A DNA stretch of 64,000 nucleotides. It comes from a virus. Lineage: Duplodnaviria > Caudoviricetes. Position numbers and translations under genes: made by a program. Under the pieces are notes generated by a model, which saw only the letters and a program-made list of their open reading frames with translations, did no database searches and had not been told where the DNA came from. The stretch spans positions 128,001 to 192,000 of IMG/VR virus record IMGVR_UViG_3300023218_000040; one strand, written 5' to 3'. Shown piece after piece: positions 9,841 through 19,614 of the stretch; within the stretch, counting starts at the first letter, position 1, and every line of letters starts with the position of its first letter.

Positions 9841-10589
9841 CTATGACTCTTCATTAACCCAAACGTTTCTAACACCCATGCACCCGGATCGAATTCCCAC
9901 TTCTCTATTCCGATACGATATTTGCTTGGGAACTTGTGATGATTATTGTGCCATCCCTCTCCTCCAGTGAAAAGGTTAGCAAACCAGTTGTTACGACTAG
10001 TCTTGTCCTTGGTTTCGTAGCTACGATACCCGTATGTATGGCTCACTGCGTTAATAAGTCCATACGCATGGAAGGCTATGGCACCAGGGATGCAGAATCC
10101 GAAAATCATAACCAGGGGATCAATCAGCCATAGCAATGCTGCCCACCCAATCAAGATGTGGAAGTAGTGCTTGTGTGCGATCATCACGTTCTTGTTCCTC
10201 AGCAAATCACGAATGAGTCTAGGCGGAATATGGAATGGCTTCCACAGGTGAAAGTATGTTCTCCAGAACCCTAGAACTATTGGTGAGTGAGGATCTTTGT
10301 CCGTGTCTACGTGAGCATGATGTAGACGATGGGATCCTGCCCATCCTAGTGGTGTGCCACCACAAGCGAGACAGCCGACATAGATCATAACTGTCTCAAA
10401 CCACTTATATGTCTCGAAACTCTTGTGCGACAGGTAGCGATGAAATCCCAGGCTAATCCCAATCGTGCCAATGAATAGCCAAACAAAATAGGATACAATC
10501 CATGCCCACCAGGGGCCATAGATGAATGCCGGAATCAACATCAGGTGGTTGAATCCGTGAATGAGTCGTAGTTTATTCGAAAAGTTCAT
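9837..10589 (-). CDS. Membrane acyl-lipid/acyl-CoA delta-9-type fatty acid desaturase
   Basis: Three His boxes HRYLSH, HRLHH, HNNHH; hydrophobic TM segments; start at ATG 10589 (ATGA overlap). Confidence 0.9.
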   Translation of the reverse strand: MNFSNKLRLIHGFNHLMLIPAFIYGPWWAWIVSYFVWLFIGTIGISLGFHRYLSHKSFETYKWFETVMIYVGCLACGGTPLGWAGSHRLHHAHVDTDKDPHSPIVLGFWRTYFHLWKPFHIPPRLIRDLLRNKNVMIAHKHYFHILIGWAALLWLIDPLVMIFGFCIPGAIAFHAYGLINAVSHTYGYRSYETKDKTSRNNWFANLFTGGEGWHNNHHKFPSKYRIGIEKWEFDPGAWVLETFGLMKSHR

Positions 10590-11245
10590 GACATTATTTG
10601 TTTGATAGCGTCGAAATGACAACCGACAAGAATTGATACTCGGGATTCATCCCCGATGACTCGAACACGATGTCGATAACCTGTGTTACAAAACCATACA
10701 TGACCAGGAAGCATAATGCGTTGTTCGATATCACTCTTCTTCTTGATTTCAAAGATTTGGTTTCCACTAATCATGATTTGCACCCGACATGCATAGCTTG
10801 TATTAGTATCTATGTGCCAGTCCAATTCTGCTCCGGGTGGCAGAATAGCAATCCTTGCACGGAAGTGTGGATTGACATACGGGGTGATAAAGGAACGAAA
10901 CTTCAGACCCTCTTTAGTGTAAGTATCGTACTCCCACTCATCAGGGACATCAATTGACGAGTTGCCGGTAACTTGCAGTAGATATTGCTTGTATTCAGTA
11001 GGAAAGTACGTCTTCAACTTGCAGGCTTGCGCAATCTCGTAGCGGTCGGAATTCTGAATGTCGTTGTAGTCCTTCGGCAATCCGTTCACAAGGAACATGA
11101 TTTCCTCATGAATAGTACGAACCACAGTTGGATCCACAGTTCCGAGTTTATAGAACAGCGGAAGTTTTTGACGATCAGGGCCATTCTCTCCACGAACACG
11201 GGCTTTGATTCGTTCTGGATCTTGTAAAGCGCATTTATCATTCAT
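10586..11245 (-). CDS. Asp/Asn beta-hydroxylase-like 2OG-Fe(II) dioxygenase (paralog 6)
   Basis: RARIAILPPG..WHIDTN, NTGYRHRV...RVSI. Confidence 0.75.
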   Translation of the reverse strand: MNDKCALQDPERIKARVRGENGPDRQKLPLFYKLGTVDPTVVRTIHEEIMFLVNGLPKDYNDIQNSDRYEIAQACKLKTYFPTEYKQYLLQVTGNSSIDVPDEWEYDTYTKEGLKFRSFITPYVNPHFRARIAILPPGAELDWHIDTNTSYACRVQIMISGNQIFEIKKKSDIEQRIMLPGHVWFCNTGYRHRVRVIGDESRVSILVGCHFDAIKQIMS

Positions 11246-11278
11246 GTTGATATTTAGATACTTTGGGGTTAGATTTCA

Positions 11279-12223
11279 ATGGTGGATATGAGCAAAGTAA
11301 TACGACTTGAACACCGGCATGAGGACGGCGCTAAGCACGTACTCATCGAGTGGAGTCTTGGTAACAAATGTAATTACGCTTGCTCGTATTGTCCTGCTCA
11401 TCTCCACGATGGGTCCATCGGTTGGCACCCCTATGAGAATCTAATTGGCTTCCTAGATACTGCCCACTCCCATTATTACGATAAGCTGGGCAAGAGTCTC
11501 ATGGTTCAATACACTGGAGGAGAACCAACAGTCTATCCCCAGTTCCGTGATATGGTCAAGCATGCACACGAAAAAGGCTATTTGCAAGGAATGATTTCCA
11601 ACGGATCTCGAACCATTAGGTTCTGGAAGAGTATTAGAGAGTTCTTTACAAAAATAAGCCTGACATTCCATCGTGAGTTTGCAGACCCAGAACACTATAT
11701 CAATGTAGTCCGCTGTGTATCAGAGACAACTCCTGTGCACTGCAATATTACGATGATTCCAAAGGAGTTCGACAACAACCTCAAGATGGCTGAGAGACTG
11801 TGGGAGATAGATAACGTGTCAGTTCTTCTCAAGCCGCTTCGTGAGGAGTTCAAGGGCGAACTCTACCCCTACACACCTGAGCAACTAGAAGTCATGGCAC
11901 GAGCCAGGGGAAAGGCTCCTGTGCACGTAAATTGGCCTCGCTTCGGCATGAAGGTAGTCTACGAGGACGGCACCAAAGAAAACTGCCGAGTTAACGAGAT
12001 GGTCATTCAGAAGCAGAACCGATGGAAGGGCTGGGAATGTGCTGCTGGAGTTGAACAGGTAGTCGTAACCGTAGAAGGTGATGTGTTCATTGGCAGATGT
12101 CGTGTCGGTGGATCAATCGGCAACCTCAATACCGGAGTGAATTTTCCTGACAAAAATGTAATCTGTACGAAAGATGAGTGTTGGTGTTTGACTGACATGT
12201 TGACTACGAAGGTAAGGCGATGA
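11279..12223 (+). CDS. Radical SAM protein with C-terminal twitch/SPASM-like Cys cluster
   Basis: CNYACSYC, TGGEPT, SNGSR; C-terminal CAAG...GDVF..RC...C..C.C. Confidence 0.85.
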   Translation: MVDMSKVIRLEHRHEDGAKHVLIEWSLGNKCNYACSYCPAHLHDGSIGWHPYENLIGFLDTAHSHYYDKLGKSLMVQYTGGEPTVYPQFRDMVKHAHEKGYLQGMISNGSRTIRFWKSIREFFTKISLTFHREFADPEHYINVVRCVSETTPVHCNITMIPKEFDNNLKMAERLWEIDNVSVLLKPLREEFKGELYPYTPEQLEVMARARGKAPVHVNWPRFGMKVVYEDGTKENCRVNEMVIQKQNRWKGWECAAGVEQVVVTVEGDVFIGRCRVGGSIGNLNTGVNFPDKNVICTKDECWCLTDMLTTKVRR

Positions 12224-13131
12224 TTTACATCAGGGTGTATGACGAGGATGGTGATTGGAATGTCGAAGATCCAATCAATTTGAAGGCTACGGGCAGAAAC
12301 CGGTTTGAGGGTTGGAAGTGTTCTGTGGGTCAAAGGAACCTGTATATCGATTGGGATGGTAACATTTTTCGTGGTACGTGTCGAGTAGGTGGCAAGGTTG
12401 GGAATGTATACGAGGAAGACTTTCCGATGCCCGATGGTTGGGTCACTTGTGATAAGAAAACCTGCAACTGCGTGACTGAAGTTCAGCTACCGAAGGCAAA
12501 GGATTTACAAGACCCAGAAAGAAACAGCATTATCCCCATGCAAGACTTCCCTGTCTATGTTCAGTGGGATGTAGGTCGTCGGTGCAATTTTGATTGCAGC
12601 TACTGTCCTTCCTTTGTCCACAACGATCACGAGGAACATCAGAATCTTGATATCCTAAAGGACGTAGTGGTTCGACTTCATGATTCTTTTCGTGAGCCAA
12701 TCACATTCAACTTCGCTGGTGGTGAACCAACCACTCATCCGGACTTTATCGAGTGGTGCGAGTTCATCAAGAAGCTAGGGCACACAATCAATGTTCAGAC
12801 GAATGGTGCTCAGGTTGCAAGCTACTGGAAGAAACTGGCTGAAGTTGTCAATCACATCTCGATATCAGTGCATTTGGAGTTTATGACAGAAAAAAGATTG
12901 ATGCAAACCATCAATGCCATCATGGAGACTTCTTGTCTAATAGAAGTGAAAATCATGGCACACCCTGACCATTGGGACAAAGCCATGCGTTTTAAGTCGC
13001 TGATGGAACAAATTCCGTTGAATAAGGGGGTGATGCTTCCGCTTCGAACGAGCCTTGGCCGCAACACAGAATTGATGGAATATACACCAGAGCAGATGAA
13101 GGAGATGGGAACGATAAATACTCCTGATTAG
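12220..13131 (+). CDS. Radical SAM protein with N-terminal twitch/SPASM-like Cys cluster
   Basis: N-terminal CSVG...DGNIF..TC...C..C.C, then CNFDCSYC, AGGEPT, QTNG. Confidence 0.85.
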   Translation: MIYIRVYDEDGDWNVEDPINLKATGRNRFEGWKCSVGQRNLYIDWDGNIFRGTCRVGGKVGNVYEEDFPMPDGWVTCDKKTCNCVTEVQLPKAKDLQDPERNSIIPMQDFPVYVQWDVGRRCNFDCSYCPSFVHNDHEEHQNLDILKDVVVRLHDSFREPITFNFAGGEPTTHPDFIEWCEFIKKLGHTINVQTNGAQVASYWKKLAEVVNHISISVHLEFMTEKRLMQTINAIMETSCLIEVKIMAHPDHWDKAMRFKSLMEQIPLNKGVMLPLRTSLGRNTELMEYTPEQMKEMGTINTPD

Positions 13132-13141
13132 GAGGTTTCCC

Positions 13142-13933
13142 ATGTCCGATATTGACCTACAATACACTTTGATGCTTGAAGGTAGATTAAATCTGATGCA
13201 TCTGCCACCAGGAGCAATCGCATGGCTGTGGGATCGCCCTAGCAAGCAGGTAGATGCCGCTGAATCTTTGGCTATTGCGGCACGAGCTTACGATAATCCG
13301 ATCACTGACGCTTCCCTACTTCGTACTGACCAGAATATCCTCATCTTGAAGTGTGAGGGTGGCGAGTGTTTCCGTATCTATCCTGATGGCGGATACAGCT
13401 ATGATAACACTCCAATGGACATGGGTGGCTGTTCGTCTGTGCTACGTGGTGACTGGTGTGGTTGTCCACACAAGGCTACTGAGACCAATCCACTTGCAGA
13501 TCGTGAACATGATAGCATGGAAGAGAAGATGGGTAACGATGAGCACCTGGATGATGAAGATCCAATGGCTGCACAGGATGTGATTCATAATATTACCAAC
13601 CTTGATGCTGAGCCATATATGGATGAGGACGTAGGTAATGAAGAACACCTGGATGACGAAGACCCAGAAGCCGGATGGTCACCACACAATATCACCAATC
13701 TGGCTGGTGAGCCAACCCGTGATGTAGATGAAGATCAGGGTGGAGATTGGGGTGGCCCAGGAACTGGTGATGGGATGGGAACTGGAACTCCGTATATCGG
13801 AGTAACCTTCATTCCGGATGAGGAGCTTGAGGCTGCTATGAACTATGAAGGCGATGATGAGTTCGCTAAGGAATGTGGTAATTATTCGGATGACGAGCTT
13901 GAGGAGCTAGCAAGGGTCACCGGGACGTATTAA
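13142..13933 (+). CDS. Acidic hypothetical protein with a duplicated ~33-aa motif
   Basis: AGGAGG RBS, TAAATA at 13115; GNxEHLDDEDP...HNITNL..EP twice (13532-13603, 13634-13702). Confidence 0.7.
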   Translation: MSDIDLQYTLMLEGRLNLMHLPPGAIAWLWDRPSKQVDAAESLAIAARAYDNPITDASLLRTDQNILILKCEGGECFRIYPDGGYSYDNTPMDMGGCSSVLRGDWCGCPHKATETNPLADREHDSMEEKMGNDEHLDDEDPMAAQDVIHNITNLDAEPYMDEDVGNEEHLDDEDPEAGWSPHNITNLAGEPTRDVDEDQGGDWGGPGTGDGMGTGTPYIGVTFIPDEELEAAMNYEGDDEFAKECGNYSDDELEELARVTGTY

Positions 13934-14568
13934 GTTACGTATTCGATTTTCACACCAACCTCGTCTAGCATTTCTTTAGAAATTTTGAAGTCTTCTTTCC
14001 ATCTATCAGGGATTGCAGTTTCTAGAATATAGACTGTTTCAATTTGAGATTGAATAATTGCCCTCGTACATCTTGTACACGGGTGTAAGGTGGTATAGAT
14101 ATCGCTACCAGTAACTTTAGCACCTATTTTTGCTGCGTTAAGTATGGCGTTCTCTTCTGCATGACTAGTATATTCGTACTTCAGTGGTCTAACATGTCTT
14201 TCTTCTATATCGTCATTGATACCACGAGGGAACCCATTATAACCGGTCGAAACGATAACTCGATCACGGACAATCAGAGCACCAACTTTTGTTGAACGAT
14301 CCTTAGATCTGCTAGAAGCTAGTATCGCCATATTCATGAAATATTGATGCCATGATAAATTGGCACTCGCCATTAGATAACGTGTGGCATGTATTGTGCT
14401 GTCATCAAGCAAACCTATACCTTGACTGCATTTATGACATAGAAGCCCACGAACTATTCCAGTAGAATGATTGTGATCTACACAAAGCGGATGTCCTCTA
14501 TTTTCCGTTGTACCACAAATAGCACATTTGTGACCCTGCTTTTCTAGTAATTCATCATATTGTTTCAT
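13930..14568 (-). CDS. Endonuclease VII-like His-Me finger fused in frame to dCMP deaminase
   Basis: CAIC...VDHNH.TG.VRGLLC..C then WHQYFM..A...RSKD..TKVGA...GYNG...HAEENAI...PC..C. Confidence 0.85.
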   Translation of the reverse strand: MKQYDELLEKQGHKCAICGTTENRGHPLCVDHNHSTGIVRGLLCHKCSQGIGLLDDSTIHATRYLMASANLSWHQYFMNMAILASSRSKDRSTKVGALIVRDRVIVSTGYNGFPRGINDDIEERHVRPLKYEYTSHAEENAILNAAKIGAKVTGSDIYTTLHPCTRCTRAIIQSQIETVYILETAIPDRWKEDFKISKEMLDEVGVKIEYVT

Positions 14569-14690
14569 GGTTAATCCGTAATAGTTTTCGAGTCGCCATT
14601 GCCTAATTTTGTCCGAATACTTTCCTGAATTTCGAACATGTCAATTCATACCTTTTGTTTGGTTTCCTAGTCATAAGCCGAAGATAGGGC

Positions 14691-14719
14691 TGGACAAACC
14701 ACTCGTCAAATGCTATACT
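14691..14719 (+). promoter_or_regulatory. Sigma70-type promoter upstream of Pnkp
   Basis: TGGACA-17 nt-TATACT with TG extension, GGAG RBS before ATG 14744. Confidence 0.6.
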
Positions 14720-14743
14720 TGCCTCACGAAATTGGAGAACCCC

Positions 14744-16042
14744 ATGAAGATCATTCCCATCGGACCATCGTTGGTTGTGCTGGTCGGCCCGTCTGGGTCG
14801 GGCAAGAGCACGTTTTGCGAGCGTCATTTTAACGCTCGTGAGGTCGTGTCGTCCGATGCCATCCGGGAGGAATTTACCGGGGATAAGCGCCGTCAGGACA
14901 AGAACGACGTAGTGTTCGCCGAATTCCATCGTCGAATCGCTGTTAAGATTCAGGCGGGTCAGCGGGTGGTGGCGGATGCCACGCATCTGCGGGACAAGGA
15001 CCGCCGTGCGACTGCCGAGGTTGGGCTGGTACTCAATGTTCCGGTGACTTACGTTGTGATCGACCGTCCTGTGGAACAGAAGCTCCACACGGGCGGGTGG
15101 CGACTGGATGTCCGGATGAAGGGAGGAATCGGTCTCATTGAGGCTCACAGCGAGACCTTCAAGGCCAATGAGAACAAGATTCTCGCTGGCGACAACATCA
15201 AGGGAGTACAGGTCGTGGATACCCGTATCGACAACTTCGAAGTTGCACAGCCGATGGCTCGTGACGGGGCGGTCACGGCTCTGGCTTCCCGTGGCTTCAA
15301 GAACGTGCGGGTGATCGGTGACGTTCACGGAAACGTGGAGGGTTTTGATCAGGCGACCGACGCTTCTTCGGACACGTTCTTCCTGTTCCTGGGTGACCTT
15401 CTGGACTACGATCCGAGGGGCATTCATGTAGTGTGTGAGGTTGTGTCCATGATGCGTCAGGGTCACGCCATCAACATTCGAGGTAACCACGAGAAGAAGA
15501 TCACCAATTGGGTAATCGGTGAGCGTGGCGACGGGTTCCGTGGTCGCATCTCGCATGGCAACGATGCCACCACGAATGTTGTCAAGGCGATGTCCCCGAG
15601 CCAGCGTGCCAAATGGGAAGCTGATTTCCTGGCTCTGGTGGAGATGTCTCCGGACTGGATCCAGCTTGGTGAGTGGCTGTTTACGCACGGTGCGGTGCAC
15701 CCGGATATGTGGGACAACTCCATGTTCCGGGCGCACAAGAACTCCAAGCTGGAGTCCTTCGCCATGTTTGGTGAGACGACTGGTGAGGTCGTGAATGGCT
15801 TTCCGGTGCGGAAGTACGATTGGGTTGACCTGATCCCGGCACAGCACCATGCTGTGGTGGGTCACGCAATCCTCTCGGTCGATGACCCGGTTATCAAGAC
15901 TGGAACGTTGGGTGGCGAGGCTGTATTCCTCGACACGGGTTCTTCCAAGGATCTCGATGGTGCCCCTGGCCATCTGTCCTGGATGGATTTCAGCATCAAC
16001 CACAACCAACTGGTTTTCCAGGGCTTCGGTCGTCAGCAGTGA
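14744..16042 (+). CDS. Polynucleotide kinase-phosphatase (AAA_33 kinase plus metallophosphoesterase)
   Basis: GPSGSGKST, SSDAIR, DAT; GDVHG, GDLLD, GNHE, HG, VVGH, LDTG; RBS supports start 14744. Confidence 0.9.
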   Translation: MKIIPIGPSLVVLVGPSGSGKSTFCERHFNAREVVSSDAIREEFTGDKRRQDKNDVVFAEFHRRIAVKIQAGQRVVADATHLRDKDRRATAEVGLVLNVPVTYVVIDRPVEQKLHTGGWRLDVRMKGGIGLIEAHSETFKANENKILAGDNIKGVQVVDTRIDNFEVAQPMARDGAVTALASRGFKNVRVIGDVHGNVEGFDQATDASSDTFFLFLGDLLDYDPRGIHVVCEVVSMMRQGHAINIRGNHEKKITNWVIGERGDGFRGRISHGNDATTNVVKAMSPSQRAKWEADFLALVEMSPDWIQLGEWLFTHGAVHPDMWDNSMFRAHKNSKLESFAMFGETTGEVVNGFPVRKYDWVDLIPAQHHAVVGHAILSVDDPVIKTGTLGGEAVFLDTGSSKDLDGAPGHLSWMDFSINHNQLVFQGFGRQQ

Positions 16043-16135
16043 TGCAATGCCGGGTGGGTGCTCCCACCCGGCGGTTGATTTCCTCTTTCCTTACCGTCAT
16101 ATTCATATAACGGTTCATGGAACCTAAATAAGTTC

Positions 16136-17620
16136 ATGAGGAAATCTAATATGTCTGTGATATCTCGGTTGCCTATTATAACAGCATGCACAGGAATCTT
16201 TTTGCTCATGCTATCTGCTTTACTTTTCATACATGAAAAGTATTCTACTCCTACTATTCCCATTATTCCTTCTTCTGTAAACCTGGAAACAGATATTGCT
16301 TCTGCTCTGGATGAAGTCATACAACATCTGGAGAAAGAATTCGTTAACGAGACTCCCCTGAAACGAGAAGAGATGCATCAAATTGCAGTAGATGCAATTT
16401 TGAAAAAGATAGGAGACCAACACGGTAAATTTCTTACTAACGATGAATATGGTCGGTTAAAGGATCGGATGACACCGACACATTATGGTGGATTAAACAT
16501 CCGAGTTGCAAAGCACCTAAGTGGTAATGATAAAGCTGAGATATTGATCCTTGAAATATTTGATGGTTCTCCGGTAGGTACATTCGGAGTGCGCCCTGGA
16601 GATACTATTAGTCATGTAAATGGGATTATGGTAACACCGGACAATTGGGAGGATATGGTCAAGAGTGTTCGTGGCCCAATTGGTTCAGATGTCCGTATCA
16701 CTGTGAAACGTGATAGTAGGGTGAAATTGGGAGAACTAACTTTTCAGCGAGTTCGTTCGAAGCTACAAACCATATTTGCTCATCATGAAAATTGCTACAT
16801 GCATTTGCGTATTAGTTTGTTTATTAATAGCCCAGAACAACAGGTATTTGATGCGGTTGAACCCATTCTAAAGGAATGTGATGGTGGTGTTCGTGGTATC
16901 GTTCTTGATGTCAGAAATAATCCTGGTGGATCGTTGCTCGGAGCCATCAAGTTAGTTGACATGTTTCTTGATCCGGATGATGTGGTTGTTAAGACCATAG
17001 GTCGTGCAGCAGAGAACAATATGACCTATAAAGCCGAACATGAAGCTGTGTTCCCAAAATCAATTCCAATGGTTGCTTTGATAAATGGACGTTCAGCATC
17101 AGCATCTGAAATTCTTGTTGGTGCGTTGAAGAAGTATAGAACGCTTTTTGCTGTGCTAGGCGAGAAATCATATGGAAAGGGATCTGTGCAAACTGTGTTT
17201 CCAGTGAATGGTGGCACGTCGGCGGTGAAGATAACGACCGCCATATATCTGGCCGGTGGTACCATCGAAATCGATGGAGTAGGCATCAAGCCAAACGTAG
17301 AAGTGAAACAGACAATCACTCCTGGTCAAACGGATATGCAGCGTGTAGTAAACACTACCTTGATTTTGAATTCCATGAACCCGGCAGTGGATCACCAACT
17401 GCGCATGGGATACCATTTTGTTGCTCATCTGGCAAATAACAAAGCAGTAGTTTCCATATCACCTGACCGTGGTGTTCTTCAGGCGTTGGAGTCCGTCGAG
17501 GCTCAAAAGCCTGTGGTAGTTACCGGATCGTTGTGCAGGGAAGCTGGCTTGAGGGGATGCCCCCGACCAAGAGAGGTCTTGCAGGTTCCCTCCTTCGGGA
17601 CACCAGGAAACCCTCCCTGA
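16136..17620 (+). CDS. S41 family carboxy-terminal processing protease (CtpA/Prc-like) with PDZ and N-terminal membrane anchor
   Basis: Hydrophobic N-terminus, GLNI..PDZ, LDVRNNPGG, SASASE (Ser), GKGSVQ (Lys), GIKPNV. Confidence 0.9.
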   Translation: MRKSNMSVISRLPIITACTGIFLLMLSALLFIHEKYSTPTIPIIPSSVNLETDIASALDEVIQHLEKEFVNETPLKREEMHQIAVDAILKKIGDQHGKFLTNDEYGRLKDRMTPTHYGGLNIRVAKHLSGNDKAEILILEIFDGSPVGTFGVRPGDTISHVNGIMVTPDNWEDMVKSVRGPIGSDVRITVKRDSRVKLGELTFQRVRSKLQTIFAHHENCYMHLRISLFINSPEQQVFDAVEPILKECDGGVRGIVLDVRNNPGGSLLGAIKLVDMFLDPDDVVVKTIGRAAENNMTYKAEHEAVFPKSIPMVALINGRSASASEILVGALKKYRTLFAVLGEKSYGKGSVQTVFPVNGGTSAVKITTAIYLAGGTIEIDGVGIKPNVEVKQTITPGQTDMQRVVNTTLILNSMNPAVDHQLRMGYHFVAHLANNKAVVSISPDRGVLQALESVEAQKPVVVTGSLCREAGLRGCPRPREVLQVPSFGTPGNPP

Positions 17621-17691
17621 GTGCGTAATGCAATGTCCTGCGTCGATAGAAACGGAAGCTATGGTTACATGTTTATGCGTGATGGACACTC

Positions 17692-17720
17692 TTGACTAAA
17701 AATGTCTGCGGGTTTATACT
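17692..17720 (+). promoter_or_regulatory. Sigma70-type promoter upstream of RNA ligase
   Basis: TTGACT-17 nt-TATACT. Confidence 0.65.
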
Positions 17721-17754
17721 ACCCTTCCGACATAGCTTCCGTCTGGAGAATTCA

Positions 17755-19020
17755 GTGCGTTACTACAAGTTCCCGGAGATCGAAACCATCGATGATGTGC
17801 TTCCGGCCATTAAGGACCGGGATGAATTTGTCGTGGCCGAGCGAGATTGGGGAACGGTGATCGACTACCAGATCACCCTGCCGGATTCGTTCCCGTGTCC
17901 GGTTCGGGAGGCGCATACCGCCAAGCAGCAATACAATTACATGGTGCGCCGTGAGTGCCGTGGCCTGAAGTTCGGCCTGAACGGCAAGCTGATCGCTCGT
18001 CCGTATCATAAGTTTTTCAATCTGGGCGAGCGTCCGGAGACCACCGACGACGAGCTTTCGTCTTTGGGTGCGTTCCATAAGAACTTCGTGATCATGCCGA
18101 AGCTGGATGGTTCAATGATCCATCCGATCACTTGGAATGACACCATGTACTTTTGCACCCGTATGGGTATCACCGATGTTGCGAATCAGGCATACGAGTT
18201 CGCTGGAAACAACGGGATGTACGAGCGCTTTTCCTATGATATGTGCCAGCGTGGACTGACCCCAATCTTCGAGTGGTGCTCTCGCAAGCAACGCATCGTG
18301 CTGGACTATCCGCAGGACTCGTTAATCTTGACTGCCATTCGTGTGAATCGCACGGGTGAGTACCTGACCCGTGGCAAGATGCAGGCTTTGGCTGTTCCGT
18401 ACGGGGTTCCGATGGTGGATCTGTACGACGGCTCATGGGACGGCATTGAGAAGTTTAGCAAACACGTTCGTGACATCGAAAACGCCGAGGGCTACGTCAT
18501 TCGCTGGGATGACGGCAACATGATCAAGATGAAGGGTGAGTGGTACGTGGCGATCCATCGTGCCAAGGATTCCATCATGCACGAGAAGCGCATCATAGCT
18601 TTGATCTTGAACGACAGTCTGGATGATGTGATGCCGCACCTGTTGCCGCAGGACTACGACCGTCTGGACCGGTACCGCAATGACTTCTGGCGTACCGTGG
18701 ACCATGTGGAGAAAACCCTGGACACCAAGGTTTCGATCTGTCGTTCGTTCACTGATGCCACTGGCATGGAAGAGAACGAGGCGAAGGGTTGGTTCGCACG
18801 TCAGGACGTGTCGCAGTACAAGGGGGTTCTGGCTCCGTGGAAGGGTCTTTTGTTCGCTACGTGGGACAAGAAGGATAAGACTCGGAACCTGTTCATCGAT
18901 TACCTGCGCAAGCGGTTCTCGTTGGATGTAGATAACTCTAAGGCCAATGGCTCGCAGGCTGTAGTGGATGAGCTTCGTGACGCTTTCATGCTTCCGGAAA
19001 AGAAGTGGGAGGATTACTGA
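17755..19020 (+). CDS. T4 Rnl1-like RNA ligase
   Basis: RECRG, KFFN.GE, KLDGSM (motif I), TPIFEW, EGYV, KMKGEWY; GGAG RBS before GTG 17755. Confidence 0.9.
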   Translation: MRYYKFPEIETIDDVLPAIKDRDEFVVAERDWGTVIDYQITLPDSFPCPVREAHTAKQQYNYMVRRECRGLKFGLNGKLIARPYHKFFNLGERPETTDDELSSLGAFHKNFVIMPKLDGSMIHPITWNDTMYFCTRMGITDVANQAYEFAGNNGMYERFSYDMCQRGLTPIFEWCSRKQRIVLDYPQDSLILTAIRVNRTGEYLTRGKMQALAVPYGVPMVDLYDGSWDGIEKFSKHVRDIENAEGYVIRWDDGNMIKMKGEWYVAIHRAKDSIMHEKRIIALILNDSLDDVMPHLLPQDYDRLDRYRNDFWRTVDHVEKTLDTKVSICRSFTDATGMEENEAKGWFARQDVSQYKGVLAPWKGLLFATWDKKDKTRNLFIDYLRKRFSLDVDNSKANGSQAVVDELRDAFMLPEKKWEDY

Positions 19021-19021
19021 A

Positions 19022-19273
19022 ATGGATCATTCTGAATTCAGAGAGAAGGTTGAATGTGGCCATTTGACGGTTGCTGGTGTGAGCCAGTACATCATGCTGA
19101 ACGTCGCAACGAGGAAGGAGCTTGACAAGCTTCGTGATGCTCGCATCTTCAGTGCCGTCGAGATCATCGAGGGTCGTTATCATGCCGAGCAGGTTCCAGT
19201 CGTCCGAGAAGTGGTCGAGGCGTGGAACAAGCGGCTGGGTTTTGAGTGCATCTACGAGGATTTTTTCCGATGA
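19022..19273 (+). CDS. Hypothetical protein
   Basis: ATG directly after ligase stop; coupled to next gene. Confidence 0.6.
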   Translation: MDHSEFREKVECGHLTVAGVSQYIMLNVATRKELDKLRDARIFSAVEIIEGRYHAEQVPVVREVVEAWNKRLGFECIYEDFFR

Positions 19274-19599
19274 GCCACATCATGGACAACAACGACCATG
19301 TGATCTTCCGTGAGAAGTGCCAGAAGATTCTGGACGTTCTAGGTACGCCCAGCAACATGGGTCGTAAGTACGAGGACGAGAAGGTCACCATATCTTCCGG
19401 ACAGTGGGCGCAAGGTCTAAGCTTGGAGGTCACGATCATGCCAAAGGCGCATCCCTACAACCTACACAACCCGTGCGTAATGGTTACCGAGAATGGTGAA
19501 TGCATTCGTCATCAAGGCGAGTGGACCTACATCGAGGAACACATCGGTGACGTATACGAGGAAGCTCAGCGAGAAGCTATCAGCTTGGGCCTGGGGTAA
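19270..19599 (+). CDS. Hypothetical protein
   Basis: ATGA overlap at 19270; phage-like codon use. Confidence 0.6.
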   Translation: MSHIMDNNDHVIFREKCQKILDVLGTPSNMGRKYEDEKVTISSGQWAQGLSLEVTIMPKAHPYNLHNPCVMVTENGECIRHQGEWTYIEEHIGDVYEEAQREAISLGLG

Positions 19600-19614
19600 C
19601 AACATCCGAGAACA

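Noticed and set aside
14603-16009. 468-aa minus-strand ORF
   Set aside because: Antisense shadow of the Pnkp gene; no motifs, typical of GC-rich codon bias
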